From the NCBI GenBank assembly GCA_002786225.1, contig PEQN01000004.1, positions 85,915-149,914 of the forward strand: a stretch of DNA of 64,000 nt, in the 5' to 3' direction. Shown here one piece after another: positions 43,896 to 52,306 of this stretch. Each line of letters opens with the position of its first letter. Within the stretch, counting starts at the first letter, position 1. The DNA is from Leptospira sp. (GTDB lineage: Bacteria > Spirochaetota > Leptospiria > Leptospirales > Leptospiraceae). The position numbers and the translations under genes were made by a program. The notes beneath the pieces were generated by a model. The model was not told the origin of the DNA. It worked only from the letters and a program-made list of their open reading frames with translations, and ran no database searches.

Positions 43896-44330
43896 ATGAC
43901 AGTTTTACTGCCAGTACTGATACTAGTAGTCTATTTCTATATTCGAAAAGTTTGGTTTCAACTTAGAAAGATCAAGACCCTTGCTTCCATTGAAAGATTG
44001 GACTTGGGCTTGATCCATCCTAACCTTGTTCTACCCGAAATAAAAGTTTACTATAAATACTACTTCCAAGGCGGTGTCTACTTTGGTAGAGGCTATCTCT
44101 TACTTGCCGATTTTCTAGACGAGAGAGAATACAATGCCTTTCTCGACGAGAACCAAATGGTTGTTTTGGACTTTGAAGGTGAATATATTGTTACTTCAGA
44201 GCATATAGAAAATTATTTACTCAGACTCTATCCCTCAGTATTTGTATATATAGATCCAATCGAACCTTATAAATCAAGACTTGATTCTTTGAATAAGACC
44301 TCCGAGATAAGTGTGCCACATTACGATTGA
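43896..44330 (+). CDS. hypothetical membrane-anchored protein
   Basis: 144 aa with N-terminal TM MTVLLPVLILVVYFYI. Starts 2 nt after the clpC stop. Confidence 0.5.
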   Translation: MTVLLPVLILVVYFYIRKVWFQLRKIKTLASIERLDLGLIHPNLVLPEIKVYYKYYFQGGVYFGRGYLLLADFLDEREYNAFLDENQMVVLDFEGEYIVTSEHIENYLLRLYPSVFVYIDPIEPYKSRLDSLNKTSEISVPHYD

Positions 44331-45118
44331 TTCAAAAAAGGAAATCGCAGATGAATTTTTATAAAATTAGTAACAGTATTGTATTAGCTTTGATTTTTAC
44401 TCCCATGATTTTGTTTGCTGACACGGAATATGAATCCGCTGTCAAAAAATTCAAAAACCAAGACTACAAAGGTGCTATCGAACAAATTCGTCAATTGCAT
44501 GATACGGGAGGCAGTACTTTTGAATCCCATACACTCTGCGCTCATGCCTATTCTAAGTTAGGTGATTTTGAATCCTCTTCGGCTCACTTTTTTGAAGCAC
44601 TTAAGAAAAGACCAGAAAGCACAAAAGTTCGTGCTGATTTAATCCGTTTGTATCTAAATCATAACAAAACAAAGGGTGCTTTGGAACTCTCAACTGATGC
44701 AATTGAAAAATTTACAGATGATCCTGAAATACAATTCCTTTATGCCACAACCTTATTAAGACGTGGCAAACCCAAGACTGCTCTTTCAAGAGTGGAGAAA
44801 CTTAAATCTCTGGCACCCAATGATGCAAATATTTTGAATTTGGAAGGAAAAATTTACTACTCACTAGGGATTTATGACAAAGCAGATGTTAGTTTAAAAT
44901 GGGCTTCTGCCCTAGACCAATCCTCCCCATCTATACTGAACAATTTAGCGCTAGTTCAAGAAAGACTTTTTTTGGTTCATAAAAAAAATAAAAACTCCAA
45001 ACTTGCCTCAGAAAATTTAAAAGAAGCAAAAGATAGCATCAAAAAGGCTCTTTCCCTAGATGCCAAAGATTCTTCCATTTCCAAAAATGCCGAAAGAATT
45101 TTAAATTATTCCATATGA
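44327..45118 (+). CDS. exported tetratricopeptide repeat protein
   Basis: Signal-like N-terminus followed by TPR units. Overlaps both neighbours by 4 nt. Confidence 0.65.
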   Translation: MIQKRKSQMNFYKISNSIVLALIFTPMILFADTEYESAVKKFKNQDYKGAIEQIRQLHDTGGSTFESHTLCAHAYSKLGDFESSSAHFFEALKKRPESTKVRADLIRLYLNHNKTKGALELSTDAIEKFTDDPEIQFLYATTLLRRGKPKTALSRVEKLKSLAPNDANILNLEGKIYYSLGIYDKADVSLKWASALDQSSPSILNNLALVQERLFLVHKKNKNSKLASENLKEAKDSIKKALSLDAKDSSISKNAERILNYSI

Positions 45119-46437
45119 TGGATTCATTAACAGAAGTACGATCTCCTTCTGTTGCTGTGCATACCCTAGGATGCCGCTTAAACTTTTTTGAAACCGATGG
45201 TATTCTTACTGTTCTTAAGCAAAATGGATATAGAGTTGCCGATTCCAAAGAACAGGCTACAGATATCATTATTAATACTTGCACTGTTACCAATCGTGCT
45301 GATGTTAAAAACCGAAATATCATTCGATCTGCTATCAAGAAAAATCCTGGATCTAAAATTTGGGTTACAGGTTGCTATGCGCAAACTGATAGAGAAGTTC
45401 TAGAAAATATACCAGGAGTTCACGGAGTTTTTGGCAACACCGAGAAATCGAGTATAGCTTTTAAAATTTTAGGAGAACAACCCTCTAAATCTTTAGATCG
45501 CTTTTCTTATTCTGATGTGCTTCCTGACAATCATACTAGAGCCTACCTTAAAGTACAAGATGGTTGCAATAGAAAGTGTTCTTATTGTAAGATTCCCCAA
45601 GCCAGGGGAGCTGGTGTTAGCCGAAATGTTTCCGATGTAATCAACCAAGTAAAATTTTTGCAAGACGAAGGCATAGGTGAAATTATTCTCACAGGAGTAA
45701 ATCTAGGTTGGTTTCGAAATGAGCAGGGTGAGAAGGCATTTCTTCATTTAATTGAAAGTATACTTGCTCAATTGGATTATTCAAGATTACGATTATCTTC
45801 TATAGAACCACCTGATGTAGGCAATGATCTTGCAGATTTAATGACTCATCCAAGATTTTGTAAGTTTTTACATATACCTCTACAATCTGGCTCTCAGAAA
45901 ATTCTTAGAGCAATGCGAAGAACGTATAATCCTGAATCCTTTCGCTTGCGAGTGGAAATGGTGAAAGCAAAGATTCCAGGCATCTTCCTTGGAACCGATA
46001 TAATATTAGGATTTCCTGGTGAAGAGGAAGAAAATTTTCAAGAATCTTTATCACTGATCAAAGAGCTTGGATTTCATAAGATTCATGCCTTTCCCTATAG
46101 TGTGAGAAAGAATACAGAAGCAGAAAAATTCATTGATAGTGTTCCTTCCCATATCAAAAAAGAGAGAGTCATTCATTGTATGGATCTTTCCTCTCGTTTA
46201 TTATTAGATTATATAGAATCTTATAAGGGTAAAGTTCTTGAAGCTATTGTTGAAAATGATGGAAATCTGATCACAGATAATTTTATCAAAGGAAAATTGA
46301 TTGATAAACAGTTTATGAATCAGTTAAATCCTGGACAATTTGTAGATGTTTTGGTTGAAAAGGCAAGTACCAAGGTTTCGGAAACTAGCAGTAAGAGAAA
46401 CGAATCAATGGCTGATTTTTCTATTTTTCATACATAG
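45115..46437 (+). CDS. mtaB: radical SAM methylthiotransferase, MtaB-like
   Basis: N-terminal [14 protein letters not shown], radical [15 protein letters not shown]-terminal TRAM-like segment. Confidence 0.88.
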   Translation: MMDSLTEVRSPSVAVHTLGCRLNFFETDGILTVLKQNGYRVADSKEQATDIIINTCTVTNRADVKNRNIIRSAIKKNPGSKIWVTGCYAQTDREVLENIPGVHGVFGNTEKSSIAFKILGEQPSKSLDRFSYSDVLPDNHTRAYLKVQDGCNRKCSYCKIPQARGAGVSRNVSDVINQVKFLQDEGIGEIILTGVNLGWFRNEQGEKAFLHLIESILAQLDYSRLRLSSIEPPDVGNDLADLMTHPRFCKFLHIPLQSGSQKILRAMRRTYNPESFRLRVEMVKAKIPGIFLGTDIILGFPGEEEENFQESLSLIKELGFHKIHAFPYSVRKNTEAEKFIDSVPSHIKKERVIHCMDLSSRLLLDYIESYKGKVLEAIVENDGNLITDNFIKGKLIDKQFMNQLNPGQFVDVLVEKASTKVSETSSKRNESMADFSIFHT

Positions 46438-46575
46438 ACGAAAAAAATTTCCTAAATAAAAAACATTTTCGTTAAAATCAAACAATATTTCCATTAAATC
46501 TACAGAAAGATCTAATAGGATATTATTTTGGATGAATAGATTGCTTGTTTCGGAAAATTAGGTTTATCTTGTAAT

Positions 46576-46611
46576 GAACTAGCGCAATAAAATTTTTATT
46601 AACGCTAGTTC
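46576..46611. terminator. hairpin between convergent genes (possible bidirectional terminator)
   Basis: GAACTAGCG (46576-46584) pairs perfectly with CGCTAGTTC (46603-46611). The inner AATAAAA/TTTTATT extends the stem. There is no clean U-run on either side. Confidence 0.4.
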
Positions 46612-46630
46612 TACTAGTTTTAAAAAGGAA

Positions 46631-46948
46631 TTATTTCTTTTTGTTTCTAGCTGCTGCTTTTTCTTTGTTTTTTTGGTCGATTAATGCTCTGTGAGTGTCA
46701 CAAAGTCTGTATAATTTTCCAGTAGAAGGATTTTTACGAGTTACTTTCGTTCCACATACTATGCAAAGACCATTATCACGTCTTCTTTTGTATAATTGTT
46801 GAACTCTTTCAGCACCAGATGCTTTATACTTGCTAATTTGGATTCTATAACCTTTGTATAGATAGTTTCCAATTGCTAATTCTGGATCTTTTTTAAGATC
46901 TGCTGAGATTTTGTCTAAAGAGGCTGGGTTTACTTTTACAGGTTCCAT
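46631..46948 (-). CDS. hypothetical small basic zinc-ribbon protein
   Basis: 105 aa. CIVCG-x17-CDTH putative zinc site, Lys/Arg-rich tail KNKEKAAARNKKK, own promoter-like and hairpin elements. Confidence 0.6.
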   Translation of the reverse strand: MEPVKVNPASLDKISADLKKDPELAIGNYLYKGYRIQISKYKASGAERVQQLYKRRRDNGLCIVCGTKVTRKNPSTGKLYRLCDTHRALIDQKNKEKAAARNKKK

Positions 46949-46977
46949 TATTTATTTTCCTAAGATATATTTATTTC

Positions 46978-47005
46978 ATGCTAACAGTAGGTAGTAATTT
47001 GTCAA
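46978..47005 (-). promoter_or_regulatory. candidate sigma70-type promoter of the zinc-ribbon gene
   Basis: On the minus strand: TTGACA (47005-47000), 16-nt spacer, TAGCAT (46983-46978), about 30 nt upstream of ATG 46948, with AGGAAA as RBS. Confidence 0.4.
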
Positions 47006-47015
47006 TTTATTTCTC

Positions 47016-47043
47016 AAAAAAAATAGTTAACTATTAAAAAAAA
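47016..47043. repeat. 14-bp perfect palindrome AATAGTTAACTATT flanked by two A8 tracts
   Basis: Read directly: A8 (47016-47023), palindrome 47022-47035, A8 (47036-47043). It abuts the stop codon of the ferredoxin gene and lies about 17-30 bp upstream of the candidate -35. Confidence 0.6.
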
Positions 47044-47745
47044 TTACGATACCCTAATTGCTTTAGGATATGTAGGACAAGATTTAACACAAAGTCCACA
47101 ACCTATACATGATTTGGTGAAAGTAGGTTGATTTGCTTTAAAAATGACTGTTTTTGGGATAGGACAGGCTTCTTCGCAGGCATTGCATGTTTTCTCGCCT
47201 GTTTGGTGGTTAATACAATTCGAAAATATCCCATTTGCTTGTCCAAATGGCTTAAAAACGCCATTTTTAGGTAGTTTTAAAGCACCTGTATCACAGGATT
47301 TCACACAGGGCATATCTTCGCATAGCATGCATGCATTTGCATTAACATCTATAAACGGGAAATTTATTTCTAATTTCTCATCATATATGGGAAATATGAC
47401 TCCATAAGGACAACTATATGTACATTCTGAACAACCTGTACACAATTTTTTAAATTTTGAATCAGGACTTATAGATCCTGGAGGTCTTTTTAAGTTATTT
47501 GGAACAAAACTTCGCTTGGATTTACGCTTTTTTGATACTAATTTAGTATTTTGTTCGTTATTCTTTGCTAATTCAAGACCTAAAGTTAAATGGTCCTTAA
47601 CGTCTTTATTTTCGTCCAAAAGGTAACTCGAAGTAGATTTTTGTTCAGGATACACTTTTAAAGTATGAATGATTTCTTCTCCAGCTTCTGCAAAAGCGTC
47701 AAAAGCCTTGGAAAGCGCTTGGGTGAATAAATCTCTGCGCTTCAT
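47044..47745 (-). CDS. 4Fe-4S ferredoxin-type protein with four cluster motifs (NapG/MauM-like)
   Basis: [26 protein letters not shown]..(x9)..[22 protein letters not shown]-terminal MKRRDLF twin-Arg-like motif. Overlaps the murA stop by 4 nt. Confidence 0.8.
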   Translation of the reverse strand: MKRRDLFTQALSKAFDAFAEAGEEIIHTLKVYPEQKSTSSYLLDENKDVKDHLTLGLELAKNNEQNTKLVSKKRKSKRSFVPNNLKRPPGSISPDSKFKKLCTGCSECTYSCPYGVIFPIYDEKLEINFPFIDVNANACMLCEDMPCVKSCDTGALKLPKNGVFKPFGQANGIFSNCINHQTGEKTCNACEEACPIPKTVIFKANQPTFTKSCIGCGLCVKSCPTYPKAIRVS

Positions 47746-49046
47746 TCTTGCACTCTAAGAATGTCAGCTCCTAGATTGCGCAATCTTTCATCAATTCGCT
47801 CAAATCCTCTATCTACTTGTACTATATTATGAATTTCGCTGGTTCCTTCTGCACAGAGGGCAGCCAAAATCATAGCCATACCAGCTCTAATATCAGGCGA
47901 TGCGACTCTTTGCCCATAAAGTTTATTTGGGCCTATTACTATGGCTCTATGCGGATCACATAAAATAATTTGGGCTCCCATTGCGATGATATTATCTACA
48001 AAGAACAATCTGGATTCGAAAAGTTTTTCATGAATCATAACTGTGCCTTTGCATTGGGTAGCGGTAACCAAGGCGACTGAGGTCATGTCGGCAGGAAAAC
48101 CAGGCCAAGGAGAATCATCTATCTTTGGAGTCGCTCCATGAAAATCCGGGCTGATTTCGAGTTTCTGTCCAGAAGGAACTAAAATCCCATCTTCCTGTGG
48201 TCGTACTTCTATTCCTAATCTTGAATAGACCATACGTATCATACGAATATCTTCTAAATTGACATCTTTTATAAATAATTCACCGCGGGTGAGAGCTGCT
48301 AGGGAAATAAATGAGCCAACTTCCAAATAATCCGAGCCAATTCTATGAACCAAAGGTTCTTGGTTGGCACTCCCAAGTTCACTAATTTGGTCTATAACCA
48401 GGACATTTGAGCCAATGCCTGCAATTTTGGCTCCTGCAGCATTCAAAAACCTACAAAGTCCTTGAACATGGGGTTCAGAAGCGGCATTTCGAATGATAGT
48501 CCTTCCTTCCGCAAAACACGCCGCCATAACAGCATTTTCTGTAGCCGTAACGGAGGTTTCATCTAGCAAGATGTCTCGACCCGTGAGCCTGTTTGCATTT
48601 ATTTCATATCCATCTGGAAAAATTTCGATATTTGCACCAAGAGCTTCTAAGGCAAGCAAATGGGTGTCTATACGTCTTCTACCTATCTTATCACCACCAG
48701 GTCTTGGTAGAAAGACTCTTCCCGTTCTTGCAAGTATGGGGGCAGCTAAGGTGACTGCTCCTCTAAGTTTGGAACATAGCTCGGTTGGAAGGTCTGAACT
48801 GAGATTGCCAGTGGCATTGAACTTAAATTTCCCTTCTGCAAGCTTGGTTACTTTAACTCCTAAAAGAGATAATACTTCAATGAGATTCAAAACATCCGCT
48901 ATCATTGGAACATTTTCTAGAATAACATCTGCCTTAACTAAGCAGACGGCTCCTAAAAGAGGTAAGGCTTCGTTTTTGTTGCCTTGGGGGGTGATTGTAC
49001 CGGAAATGGGGTTCTTGCCGTTGATACGGAAAAAGGTTTCTGCCAC
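47742..49046 (-). CDS. murA: UDP-N-acetylglucosamine 1-carboxyvinyltransferase (Asp in place of active-site Cys)
   Basis: Full-length MurA pattern ([40 protein letters not shown]). The residue aligned to E. coli Cys115 is Asp119 (GAT, 48690-48692). Confidence 0.93.
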   Translation of the reverse strand: MAETFFRINGKNPISGTITPQGNKNEALPLLGAVCLVKADVILENVPMIADVLNLIEVLSLLGVKVTKLAEGKFKFNATGNLSSDLPTELCSKLRGAVTLAAPILARTGRVFLPRPGGDKIGRRRIDTHLLALEALGANIEIFPDGYEINANRLTGRDILLDETSVTATENAVMAACFAEGRTIIRNAASEPHVQGLCRFLNAAGAKIAGIGSNVLVIDQISELGSANQEPLVHRIGSDYLEVGSFISLAALTRGELFIKDVNLEDIRMIRMVYSRLGIEVRPQEDGILVPSGQKLEISPDFHGATPKIDDSPWPGFPADMTSVALVTATQCKGTVMIHEKLFESRLFFVDNIIAMGAQIILCDPHRAIVIGPNKLYGQRVASPDIRAGMAMILAALCAEGTSEIHNIVQVDRGFERIDERLRNLGADILRVQE

Positions 49047-49073
49047 GGTTCCATGGAATGAAGAGGGACTTGC

Positions 49074-49102
49074 ATTGACAAGCTTTTAAAACTATGGTAT
49101 AC
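49074..49102 (+). promoter_or_regulatory. near-consensus sigma70-type promoter
   Basis: TTGACA (49074-49079), 17-nt spacer, TATACT (49097-49102). AGAGGGAGA RBS and ATG 49124 follow. Confidence 0.5.
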
Positions 49103-49123
49103 TAGACTGCAAAGAGGGAGAAT

Positions 49124-50311
49124 ATGTTACTTGCAGATATTTTAGTTATGCCTAAGCCATCCGAAAGTGATTTCTTTTGGTTTTTATTTTTCACATGCAT
49201 TATGGTTGTTTCTTATTTTCTCATCAATGCTTTATTTAAAAAACAAAAGTATTCCACTAAACGAGATGTTTTCTCTTATGCCTTCATCATAGGCCGAGGA
49301 TTTACAAAAGAAGAATCGAGCCACCTTCAGAAATTTATTGAAAGTCTTTCTGATGAGGAAAGAAATATCCTGCTTGAAACCAAGAACTGGAAATTACTTA
49401 GAAAGCAACTCAACTCCTATCTAATGAATCACAATTCAATCAAGCCAGATGTTGCAGTTCAGATCTTTGATAAGTTGATGTTAGATAAGGTTCCTAAGGA
49501 GCCTTTTACGATTCATTCGATTCAGGTTGGTGAGATAGTTGCCTTGATTACGGAACATGGGGAACAATTGGTAAGAGTTATGAAAACCGCTGATGAAGAT
49601 CTTTTGTTATCTGCTCAAAAGCTAAGTATTCCTGAAAAGGCAAAAAATTTCCAAGGTAAGATCTATCTCTTTAGAAACAACGAAGGCGGATTCTATATTC
49701 CTGGAGAGATTTTAGGAACTTTTGACAGGGCAATACTTTTCCATATCATTGGAGCTCCTATTTCGGCTGGTTATTCCCACCTCATGCTTAGCACTAAGTT
49801 TCAATTGGAGCTATCCAATTGGCCCAAAATTCTTGAACAAGAAGAACCAAGTTTTGACAAAATGATAGAACATGATCATACAAGCATTCATGAGGAAATG
49901 GACTCTATTGAATTCGAAATCAAAAAAAGATTTGATAAAATCAAGTCAATTCCTCCCAACCTTGATGGTTTGAAAAAAGAAATTGATTCTAAAGGCAAGG
50001 CAACAAGTAATAAAACAAATAAAAAGACAAATGTAAGCTATATTTTTATTGGAACTAAATTATCTGATCGAGGTGTGATTTTTGAAACCAAGGACGATAT
50101 TAATCCTAATTTCTGGAGAGCTTCCGAATTGTGGGAGATACGTTTTCAAATTCCCAACGGTATAGAAGTAAAATCTATAGGTAAGATTATGCCTTCGAAT
50201 ACAAATCGTTCAAAATTTCTACTTAAGTTCATCGAGATGTCAGAGGAGCAAAGAACTGCTATCTATGAAGACATAAAACGACTTGGTGGCAGTAGAGAAT
50301 TGCTAAATTAA
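49124..50311 (+). CDS. hypothetical membrane-anchored protein, possible degenerate PilZ C-terminal domain
   Basis: N-terminal TM FFWFLFFTCIMVVSYFLINALF. The C-terminal segment YIFIGTKLSDRGVIFET...ELWEIRFQIP...IGKIM...FLLKFIEMSEEQRTAIYEDI resembles the PilZ beta-barrel, but no RxxxR motif was seen. Confidence 0.5.
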   Translation: MLLADILVMPKPSESDFFWFLFFTCIMVVSYFLINALFKKQKYSTKRDVFSYAFIIGRGFTKEESSHLQKFIESLSDEERNILLETKNWKLLRKQLNSYLMNHNSIKPDVAVQIFDKLMLDKVPKEPFTIHSIQVGEIVALITEHGEQLVRVMKTADEDLLLSAQKLSIPEKAKNFQGKIYLFRNNEGGFYIPGEILGTFDRAILFHIIGAPISAGYSHLMLSTKFQLELSNWPKILEQEEPSFDKMIEHDHTSIHEEMDSIEFEIKKRFDKIKSIPPNLDGLKKEIDSKGKATSNKTNKKTNVSYIFIGTKLSDRGVIFETKDDINPNFWRASELWEIRFQIPNGIEVKSIGKIMPSNTNRSKFLLKFIEMSEEQRTAIYEDIKRLGGSRELLN

Positions 50312-50357
50312 AAGTTCAAATTAAAAAGTTCTTGATCTCTATCTATCTAGTTCCTTT

Positions 50358-51506
50358 ATGAATGGGATGACTAATAAGGATAGAATTCTGGATTGGAGAT
50401 CTGAATCCAATTTACTTGATTTTAAAGATTTCCTAGATAAAATTACTTTTCAACCTGGCGAGACTATCATACAGGAAGGGGAAGTTGGAAATAGTTATTA
50501 TATGCTAGAGTCGGGAACGGCAAAAGTTTGGAAAGAAGTGGATGGCAATGAGAAGCTTGATTTTGGGATGCTATCTGGTGGAGATTCTTTTGGAGAGATG
50601 TCTCTCATTGATGATGAACCTAGGGCTGCAACCATAGTAGCTAATTCAGAAGTCACTTTGTACAAGATGACGAGAAATAATTTTAATTCTATTCTCAGCC
50701 ACAGTCCTAAGGTAGCTGACTTTATACTTAGGCTTATGAACCAAAGATTTCGGGAAGCAGAAGTCAGAAGTATCAAGGTTCTCAAAAAGAAGAATGAGCA
50801 ACTAGAAATTGCCAACCAAGATTTGGAAAAAAAAGTAAATGATAGAACTCGTGAGCTGGAAGATACAATTAAGGAAAATGAAAAATTACTAAAATCAGTT
50901 CTACCTCCTTATGCGGTTGCGAAATTACTTCAGCCAAATAAAGAGATGGTTTTGGACACATATAACAATGCTGGAATCCTCTTTGCTGATATAGTAGGAT
51001 TTACTGAGCTATCACAATTGATTTCTCCCGAAAAATTGATCGATGTTTTGAACCAAATTTTTTCGATCTTCGATGTAATTACCACAACCTATTCCTTGGA
51101 AAAGATAAAAACTATAGGAGATGCTTATATGGTAGTGGCTGGTCTTCCCGGTTGCTCGGATCATTATGAAGAAGATATGGCGAATTTTGCCATAGATCTT
51201 ATCGATACTATTGAAAATATGGAATTCGATGTTCCTAAGAAATTGAATGTTCGTGTAGGTTTTCATTTTGGCAAAGCAATAGCAGGCGTTATAGGTATAG
51301 ATAAATATGCTTATGATATTTGGGGTGATACAGTGAATATTGCAAGTAGGATGGAATCTCATGGAGCACCTGGCAAAATTCATGTTTCTCAGGATGCATA
51401 TGCTGTCCTAAAGGATAAATTTCATTTTGAATCGAGAGGAACCATCCCTGTAAAAGGCAAGGGAGATATGGATACTTATTTTCTTACAGGAAGAATAGAG
51501 GAATAA
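50358..51506 (+). CDS. cNMP-binding domain / class III adenylate cyclase fusion
   Basis: CAP_ED with FGEMSLIDDEPRAATIVA, a coiled-coil linker, and a cyclase core ILFADIVGFT, KIKTIGDAYMVVAG, YDIWGDTVNIASRMES (Lys/Asp pair, adenylate-type). Confidence 0.88.
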   Translation: MNGMTNKDRILDWRSESNLLDFKDFLDKITFQPGETIIQEGEVGNSYYMLESGTAKVWKEVDGNEKLDFGMLSGGDSFGEMSLIDDEPRAATIVANSEVTLYKMTRNNFNSILSHSPKVADFILRLMNQRFREAEVRSIKVLKKKNEQLEIANQDLEKKVNDRTRELEDTIKENEKLLKSVLPPYAVAKLLQPNKEMVLDTYNNAGILFADIVGFTELSQLISPEKLIDVLNQIFSIFDVITTTYSLEKIKTIGDAYMVVAGLPGCSDHYEEDMANFAIDLIDTIENMEFDVPKKLNVRVGFHFGKAIAGVIGIDKYAYDIWGDTVNIASRMESHGAPGKIHVSQDAYAVLKDKFHFESRGTIPVKGKGDMDTYFLTGRIEE

Positions 51507-51564
51507 AATCTATACTTTCAAGTGGACTAAAATACGGATTGAAGATTCTATTTTTCAAAGAAGA

Positions 51565-51600
51565 ACAAAAAACCGAACCCATGTAGAGTTCGGTTTGAAT
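51565..51600. terminator. intrinsic terminator between convergent genes (canonical on minus strand)
   Basis: AAACCGAAC (51570-51578) pairs with GTTCGGTTT (51588-51596) across a 9-nt loop. The A-run upstream on plus gives a U-run on the minus-strand transcript of the SET gene. Confidence 0.55.
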
Positions 51601-51614
51601 TATCGTAAGCTTTC

Positions 51615-52151
51615 TTAAGCGGAAATTCGGCTGGAAATAAGAATTTTCTCAATTTCAGAATGCATGAACTTTGGAAAATTATATCCTAATTTGGGAACAA
51701 GAGATTTCCAATCTTCCTTGGTTATTCTTCCTCTGCAATGTGCAGAACCACATCTACAGATAAAGTTCTGATCTACATTCACAATAAAGTTTCCGTAATC
51801 TATACTTAGCTCCTCCCCTTTATAAATGACTCTACTTGCGATGATATTGTCATTTTGATCGTAGATCATATTTGGTTCACAGGAATGATTCATAAAATTG
51901 GAGTGGTTTCTTGCATTTTCATGCTCAAAAGTTCCTATGATCTTCCCAAAGTCAATGTCGTAACCGTATTTTAGGAAGTGTTCCTTTTGGTCGGTAGGTA
52001 AAGAATCTAGTTCTTCTACTGTAAGCGTTTGCCAACCAAACTTTTCGTCTTCTATCCACTCATCATAACTAAAGAGTAAAGTCTGAGCTGGAATATCAAC
52101 AGAAGCATAAAGTCCAAAGTCTCCATGCTCATTTGTTCTTTTCTCAATCAT
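51615..52151 (-). CDS. SET domain protein (putative lysine methyltransferase)
   Basis: NHSCEPN and EELSIDYG SET motifs, followed by a post-SET-like CRCGSAHC. Confidence 0.85.
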   Translation of the reverse strand: MIEKRTNEHGDFGLYASVDIPAQTLLFSYDEWIEDEKFGWQTLTVEELDSLPTDQKEHFLKYGYDIDFGKIIGTFEHENARNHSNFMNHSCEPNMIYDQNDNIIASRVIYKGEELSIDYGNFIVNVDQNFICRCGSAHCRGRITKEDWKSLVPKLGYNFPKFMHSEIEKILISSRISA

Positions 52152-52306
52152 GGGAAAAATTCTCTTATCAATTAGATTTCCCTGTTATTTTCAGTAAGGC
52201 TGAAACCAGTAGATTGATAATACTGAGAGAATTCAGGTTTAAAAAATCAACTCAAAAAAATAATTTTTCCTTGCGAAATTGTTTATAAACAGAAAAAATT
52301 TTACGC

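Noticed and set aside
46439-46473. ACGAAAA...TTTTCGT hairpin right after the mtaB stop as a terminator
   Set aside because: It is a 7-bp AT-rich stem with a ~21-nt loop, too weak to list as a feature. The stronger 46576-46611 hairpin is reported instead.
48493-49089. 198-aa plus-strand ORF lying entirely antisense to murA
   Set aside because: The minus-strand frame encodes a full-length, motif-complete MurA. The antisense product is Ser/Ala/Leu/Pro-rich with no motif, which is typical of a shadow ORF in a long gene.
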